Below are positions 9,432 through 13,812 of a stretch of DNA of 13,812 nt, piece after piece. Source of the stretch: Paraspadella gotoi (taxonomy: Eukaryota > Animalia > Chaetognatha); contig JBJCIZ010000388.1 in NCBI GenBank assembly GCA_051294375.1, forward strand, positions 1 through 13,812, written 5' to 3'. Every line of letters begins with the position of its first letter. The stretch's first letter is position 1. The translations under genes and the position numbers were made by a program. The notes beneath the pieces are model-generated. The model searched no databases, was not told where the DNA came from, and saw only the letters and a program-made list of their open reading frames with translations.

Positions 9432-9525
9432 ACTTTCTCTCTCTCTTCTCTCATCTCTTCTCTCTCTTCTTCTCCTCTTCTTCTCTTCTCTTGCTCTCTT
9501 CTTCTCTCTTCTTTCTCTCTCTCTT
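9432..9525. repeat. (CT)n/(CTCTT)n microsatellite
   Basis: Nearly pure pyrimidine tract. Confidence 0.9.
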
Positions 9526-10584
9526 CGTACCCATCGGTGTTTTTGGCATTGTCAGTTTAGTTGTGCTACTGCTTTATCGTGATTTCTACTTGTCATTTTT
9601 TGTCGCCTTTTTTATTCTCTGCCATTTGTGGTGCGTGCGTCACTTCTCTCTTCTTGCTGTTTCTTTACTTTTATAGTGGTAAATGAAGGTCGATGGATGG
9701 TAGTGTGATCTTTGAGAGGTTAGAGAGATAGAGGACTGAGATGATAGGAGATGAGAGATTGAGATTTGAGATGATGGATGATTGAGAGTAGTTTTTCTTT
9801 GAGTTTTATTGTTGATTTTTATTTATTTGAGGTAATTGATATTAATATGTCGTATAATTTTTATTTTGTATATTTAATATAAATTATAAGGCGCTATCGT
9901 TTAGTTTTTATTATACGAATAGAATTTAATTGTCTCATTTTTTAGTATTTAAGTTAAATATTTAATTGCGATATTGTTGTGTGTGATAAAGAAAAGAAAT
10001 TGATATGTATTTAAATTGGGTTAGGAAGGGTGTAGTGAATAAATAATCGTTTAGTTTAATTTTAATCAATAATAAGGTAATGTGAGGTTATTGGAGTGTA
10101 TATAGGATAGTGATACTATGTACGGTGTTTGTGTTCTCAGAGGTACGGTATTTGTGCTTGTATTGGATTCACTGCACGGCTCGCGAAGATACGAAAAGTC
10201 AGATACTGTTGTTCTTGCTCAGAAAAAGGCCGAAGGAGGTTATAAGTTGTTAAAGTGGCTGAAAAGAAAGATAGAGGAAAACGGAGACGGGAGCTGGAAA
10301 GGAAGGAGGAGAAGAACTTCGTGAAGGGAAAAGAAGAGCTGAAGGAGAAAAGTCATGGGGCTCGTGATAACACACGAGTTCCGGGAAGTGAGAGGAAAAG
10401 AGAGAGAGGAAGAGAAGAAGACTGAAGGACTCGGAGGGTATTTAAAAAGAGGAGCAAAGTAAGATTCAGAAAAGAGAAATTTGAAGAAAAATCGCAGGAG
10501 CACGAAAGAGAAGAAGGTATCAGCAGATCGAGAATGGACGAGAGGAGACAAGAGGATGAGATGAGAGTGGTCTTGCGCGTTCAC

Positions 10585-10661
10585 TTCCGCGTTCCTGCTT
10601 TGCTCGTACTCGTCCTGGCGGCGCGGGGTTCCTCGCCCTCTCTGCCTTCTGGCGAGAAGCT
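10585..10661 (-). CDS. Candidate charged-residue exon (…RRQDEYEQ…/…KQER…), product unknown
   Basis: GC-rich unique island. Possible acceptors ATCCCAG| (CTG 10662-10664) or CTTCTCGCCAG| (CTG 10649-10651); weak donor |GTGAAC at 10584. Frame is ambiguous because of probable indel errors. Confidence 0.22.
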
Positions 10662-10719
10662 CTGGGATTGTGCGGGTTGATAAGATGGGCGAAAAAATTT
10701 AGATAGTGATGCAAATGCT

Positions 10720-10790
10720 TTTTCTCCTTCTTCTTCTCTCCTCCTCTTTCCCCCCTCTTCCTCCCTCCTCCTCCTCCTGTCCTCTTCCTT
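10720..10790. repeat. (CCT)n/(CTT)n microsatellite
   Basis: CTCCTCCTCCTCCT runs. Confidence 0.85.
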
Positions 10791-12402
10791 CACTGGCTAG
10801 GGGGTAAGAAGAGAAACGTTTTTCCCTAGAAGTGAGACGAGCGTCTTTCAGCAGACAGACAAAAAGAAGCTCTCGCCGTGGTTCACTGGTTTCGGTGCGT
10901 AGAGAGAGTTAAGATAAAAAAAAGTGAGGAAGCAGTCTCACGTCTTGGGGAAAAATTTTGCACTTTATTTCACGATTTTCAGAATCTCTCAAAAGAGACG
11001 CCGAGAATTAAGGGAAGTAACTTTAAAGAGTCAGGACAAGCACAAGAATCAAATAAAACAGATTACTATAAATCGTTCTATGTATACATTGTCTCTACTA
11101 TACTCTATCGTCGAACCTCTGCATGTCTACTCTCTCTTCTACCTCCGCGCTTCTATCTGCAAATTCTCTACTTAGTATCTCCTACCTCTACAAAAAATAC
11201 CTAAAATAATCTATGCGTCAACGCAGAAGAAAATGAAGTGGATCTACTCGCTTCGTCGCGCCAAATCTACCGAGATTCCCACGCGTTTATCGATACGGCG
11301 AATTAACTTCTAAATTGGCCGTGGCTTATTAGGACCACTAGGCGGAAATTGCTTTGCTCTTTACATCTTGCGCTCTGCTACTCGGAAGAAAAACAGATAA
11401 TTGATGGTTCGTATTTTATCTCCCGTCGCCATCTTGCTGGCATTCATGACATACGCCATAGAAATCCCGTGGCACGCCGTCATCTCCTCTCTAGCGTCAC
11501 TCATCGTCTGGTCTCTCATATTGGATCCCGTCTGCTCTCTCCATTTTCTCTCTCTCTCTCTGCTCTGTCTCTCCTACTTCTCTCGGTTTTCTCGCCTCTC
11601 TGCCTTCCCACCAGAAAAGTTTTGTGCTGTTCGAGAAAAATGGTAGTTCCTTATAGGGAACTGGCTACTCGATAAGAAGCCATGCGCGAAGAACTCTGGC
11701 CGGATATTTGCCAAACTTGATTCGTCAATCTCAATAAAACATCGGAACAGCGTTTTTATTCCAAACAAAAAAAAGAAGAATAATATACGAAGTAGCCAAG
11801 CAGGGCCAGGACAAAAATTATAGGCAATGTTGTGTTGACAGTGGAGAGGGTCCTAAATGTATGTTGCCTCTAAATGAAGACGGGGCACACAAAACCGGAT
11901 ATTAAAGGCATCGTATTTCTGAATCTCGAAGGTGACATCGGCCGGGAGTATAATGTTACTGTGTCAAAGGCGCGGAACAAGAAGCTCATGTTTCATTATT
12001 TAGGATAAAACAAGGATGAGGGTGAACAATATGCGTTACCAAATTGGTTCAGGAGAGAAATAGTGTAAGAGGGACAGGGAGAAAGGTGTCCGAGATCATT
12101 TATCAATGAGTTGTTAGGGATATTTTATTTGTGTTGGATAATAGTATTGTAATGTCTGTGTAAAGTGGGAGATGTATTTTAAGAATTTATCGCCAAGATT
12201 AATCGGAAAGAGTTAATATGTTGAAAGGTAGCAGTGCACGGTTTGCAGTAGAGCTGCGCTGGAATGTAGAAGCCACTGAAGGCGGGAAAACCCATCAGAT
12301 AGCATAGGGTTTCAACGGTTTTGCGAGAGGTCATGCATCATAGAGGGCCGTGGGACAGAGGTGATTAAAGTATGGTGACGGTTATATAGGACATGGTGAC
12401 TT

Positions 12403-12591
12403 GAGAGAGAGAGAAATGGAGAGATGAGAAGAGGAGAGATGAGAGAGAAGAGAGATGAGGAGAGAGAAGAGATGAGAGAGAGAGATGAGAGGAGAAAAGA
12501 GAGGAGAGAAGGAGAAAGGAAGAGGGGGGAGGGAGAGAGAAATGAGAGAGAGACAGACTGACAGACAGACTGAGAGAAGAGAGAGAGAGAG
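12403..12591. repeat. Compound (GA)n/(GACA)n microsatellite
   Basis: GAGAGATGAGA units followed by GACAGACTGACAGACAGAC. Confidence 0.92.
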
Positions 12592-12810
12592 TTCCCTTAA
12601 ATTGATCAGATCAGATTATAGCTCCTTCGTCGAATTTTTTTCAAATTCAATTTAGACTCATTTCTTAATGTTTTACGTTTTGTACTTTCAACTGTCTGTT
12701 TACCCAGGACGTCCATAAAATATCTTTCCATTCCATCGTCGACTTTTCACCTTCTGAAATATTATGGTCATCTTTTTTTCACTCTTTCACTGTCTTCACT
12801 GATTACAATT

Positions 12811-12840
12811 CCTCTCTCTCTCTCTCTCTCTCCTCTCTCC
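12811..12840. repeat. (CT)n microsatellite
   Basis: Near-perfect CT run. Confidence 0.9.
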
Positions 12841-13146
12841 TAAACTAATAACTCTGATTCTACATTCAATTCATCCAAAGGAAAGTCATCTCTCTTCCTT
12901 CCATATCTACTCCTCCTATTTCTTTCTCACTCCTCGTCTCTCTCTTTCTTCTCTGTCTCTCACACTGTATTCTCTCTCTTTATCAATAATTTAAGTGTGA
13001 CCAACTAGACATACATAGATGATCTAGTGTCGCTAAAATATCTCTTACGCCTAGTCTCAATCAACCATCTCTTTTCTCCCCGGTATCAAATTCGGCCACA
13101 TTAAACCTTTTTCAACCAAAAATCCTTCAACTAATCAAATATTTTA

Positions 13147-13467
13147 CAACCAATCACCCTTTACACCAATCACCCTCTCTCCCCAAACGATCACCCGATC
13201 CAACATAGCACCCTCCCTCTCCAATCATCCTTCTCCAACCAATCATCTCTTCTCCTCAACCAATCACCCTTGACAAAGCAATCACTCCCCATCAATAACC
13301 CTCCCTTCTAACCAAACCGCCTTCTCTTCACATCAACCCTATCTCCCAACCAATCACCCTTCCTCTTAACCAATCACTCTCCCTCCCCAATCAATCCCTC
13401 TCCCTCTCAACCAATCACCGTCATTCCCTAACAATCACTCTCCCTCCCCAACCAATCACACTCTCCA
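13147..13467. repeat. Minisatellite, ~20-bp unit CAACCAATCACCCTCTCTCC
   Basis: Ten exact CCAATCA cores (seven as AACCAATCA at 13148, 13237, 13258, 13348, 13368, 13409 and 13450) plus degenerate copies, separated by C/T spacers. Confidence 0.92.
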
Positions 13468-13563
13468 AAGATCTTCAACTCGGAACCGATTTCCGTCTCA
13501 AACGATTTTTCTCCATTCCACCGAATATAACATAGAAAGATTAAAGTTCGAACGGATTTTTTC

Positions 13564-13812
13564 TCTCTTTTCTCCTATTTTTCTTCTTTTTCCTCCATCT
13601 TTCCTCCCGTTCGGCCATTTCCCTTCCTTCAAAGTCACTAAAGTTCGGCTCATTTCGTTCGACCGTCGCTTTCCCCCCCCCCAAAAAAAAGGAGAGAAAC
13701 TGGATCCCCGTCGTAGTCGGTGAATTTAAACGACGTTATAAACGCATCGAAGACTCCATCCCTCTTCGCTTAATCAAAACCTTGCAGCGTCTTTTTTTTA
13801 AAAGAAATAAGC
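13564..13812 (+). repeat. Direct repeat copy 2 (matches 3745-4085), running to the window end
   Basis: Same colinear anchors as copy 1. This copy is ~249 nt against ~341 nt, lacking the many small insertions of copy 1. Confidence 0.93.

Noticed and set aside
10392-10408. Partial resemblance to the PacBio SMRTbell adapter end (GAGGAAAAGAGAGAGA)
   Set aside because: It lacks the CAACAACAAC portion and there is no flanking inverted duplication; ordinary GA-rich sequence.
10201-10520. Lys/Glu-rich reading frames after TTCTTGCTCAG
   Set aside because: Purine-rich low-complexity sequence gives K/E/R peptides by composition; the frames are interrupted and no family is recognisable.
11645-11662. 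AGTTCCTTATAGGGAACT, resembling the outer arms of an FRT site
   Set aside because: Only 6-bp arms, with no 13-bp elements or 8-bp spacer and no recombinase nearby; a chance short hairpin.
8281-12620. Possible long inverted repeat between 8281-8430 (GTCT/CT + GATCTGATC) and 12540-12620 (GACA/GA + GATCAGATC)
   Set aside because: The order of motif and microsatellite is not mirror-consistent, and the similarity is explained by common SSRs.

Overview
Eukaryotic, essentially non-coding DNA with very high simple-sequence-repeat density: (CT/GA)n, (GACA)n, (GAG/GAT)n, poly-T and several degenerate minisatellites. This resembles the SSR-rich genomes of decapod crustaceans such as penaeid shrimp (inference only). 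There is a 25-N scaffold gap at 3377-3401, and much of the sequence is insertion-rich, as in unpolished long-read consensus. Most ORFs in the supplied track are translations of low-complexity repeats. I found no recognisable full-length gene, rRNA, tRNA, CRISPR array, transposase or prokaryotic system. The notable structures are: (1) the post-gap segment begins and ends with the same sequence (3745-4085 matches 13564-13812, about 9.7-9.8 kb apart); (2) a ~38-bp hairpin-forming minisatellite at 1512-1905; (3) a CCAAT-box-rich minisatellite at 13147-13467; (4) a few GC-rich unique islands on the minus strand with splice-site-like borders that can be joined in frame, suggesting the window is mostly intronic. 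I cannot support a claim of a new biological system from this sequence alone.
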